51,644 nt of DNA from contig MQRK01236279.1 of assembly GCA_001938485.1 (NCBI GenBank), forward strand, positions 18,136-69,779. Reading direction: 5' to 3'. The notes under the pieces were generated by a model that ran no database searches, was not told the origin of the DNA, and worked only from the letters and a program-made list of their open reading frames with translations. Source of the DNA: Girardia tigrina. Lineage: Eukaryota. Position 1 is the first letter of the stretch; the number at the start of each line of letters is the position of its first letter. Positions 50,743-51,644 of this stretch are shown piece after piece. The position numbers were made by a program, and so were the translations under genes.

Positions 50743-51550
50743 TTAGGTTGTCTGGTATGAAATTTGTAGCAAGATTAAAATAAATTTTAATAGTTATAAT
50801 ATAACAATGACTTAACATTTTACTGCTCAGTTTTTTTGTTTGATTGTTACATATCTGGGATATTGAGCACATCAAAAAACTTAATTATTGATAACTTGTT
50901 TTAATAATCAGTATTTTAAAAAATGGAAAAGCCAGAAATTCGAACTATGATGAAGTTCGAGTTTTTACGTAGAGCATCACAAACCGTGCTTAACATCAAT
51001 AGTGTATTACGATACCATGCTGTTACACAACAGATAGTCTAAATTTATTCAGGGAATTCGGGAAAGGTAGTTTTAACCTCAATAATAAATCTCGGGGTCC
51101 ATAGTACCACATTCGACAAAAAAAACTGATGGTGAACCGCATGTTTAATCCATTATAACTTCCTGAAATTTGGTTTGTCTATTGAATATGTCTACGGCAA
51201 ATAATTTGAAGATTTGATGATGAAACTCAACGAAAAACAGCCACGTTTGGCAAACAGTACGACTTACATATTGTAATTCAAAACCACATACTGCACTTAA
51301 GACCACGACAAAACTACAAGAACTTGAGTTGGAACTTCTACATCATCTCCTATACTCACCCGATCTAGCACCACCTGACGACCATTTATTCCTAAACTTT
51401 CTTATAACTTTTTGATAAAAAAATTCAATTTTGAAGATGCCGTAAATTTATAAATTTTTAGATTCTCGCCCACCAAATATTTATTCAAATGACCTGAAGA
51501 AGCTACCGCTCAAATGACAAATAGGTGTAGGTACTTTAATGAATGACATA
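50743..51550 (+). mobile_element. Mariner deletion derivative
   Basis: TA+TTAGGTTGTCTGGTATGAAATTTGTAG TIR; MEKPEIRTMMKFEF and LELELLHHLLYSPDLAPPDDHLF; right end interrupted. Confidence 0.85.
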
Positions 51551-51554
51551 CATA

Positions 51555-51644
51555 CAGGGTGCGGCAGCTATTTGAGAACAAAATGACATAAAGTTCAAAA
51601 AATGAATATACAACAGAAAAATAACATTTATTACAATTTAAAAT
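51555..51644. mobile_element. Probable Tc1-like element end running off the window
   Basis: TA+CAGGGTGCGGCAG exactly where mariner homology stops. Confidence 0.4.

Overview
AT-rich eukaryotic (probably animal) genomic DNA that is mostly a transposon graveyard, with three N gaps. There are no prokaryotic features, rRNA/tRNA genes or CRISPR arrays. Recognisable elements include a full-length degenerate Ty3/Gypsy LTR retrotransposon (LTRs, GATTA TSD, tRNA-Leu-type PBS) and at least seven mariner copies or derivatives. Also present are Tc1/IS630 elements (DD34E, DD37E-like), a plant-type (DD39D-like) mariner, a pogo/Tigger fragment and hAT elements plus a hAT MITE. One hAT carries a full-length piggyBac and a DINE-1/Helentron-like element nested inside it. 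There are also a MULE and Penelope retroelements bearing minimal hammerhead ribozymes. Host-derived sequence consists of fragments of ABCF1, HECTD1 and RPS4, a ~400-codon Ser/Lys-rich terminal exon, and possible genes with 29-59 nt introns. The most unusual structures are an 882-bp LTR+PBS unit closed by an inverted copy of its own tip (36109-36990), a Penelope fold-back with hammerheads on both strands (40093-40465), and a mariner whose catalytic region is replaced by captured neighbouring DNA (14759-16175). All calls were made by eye and no searches were run. I cannot demonstrate a genuinely new biological system from this sequence alone.
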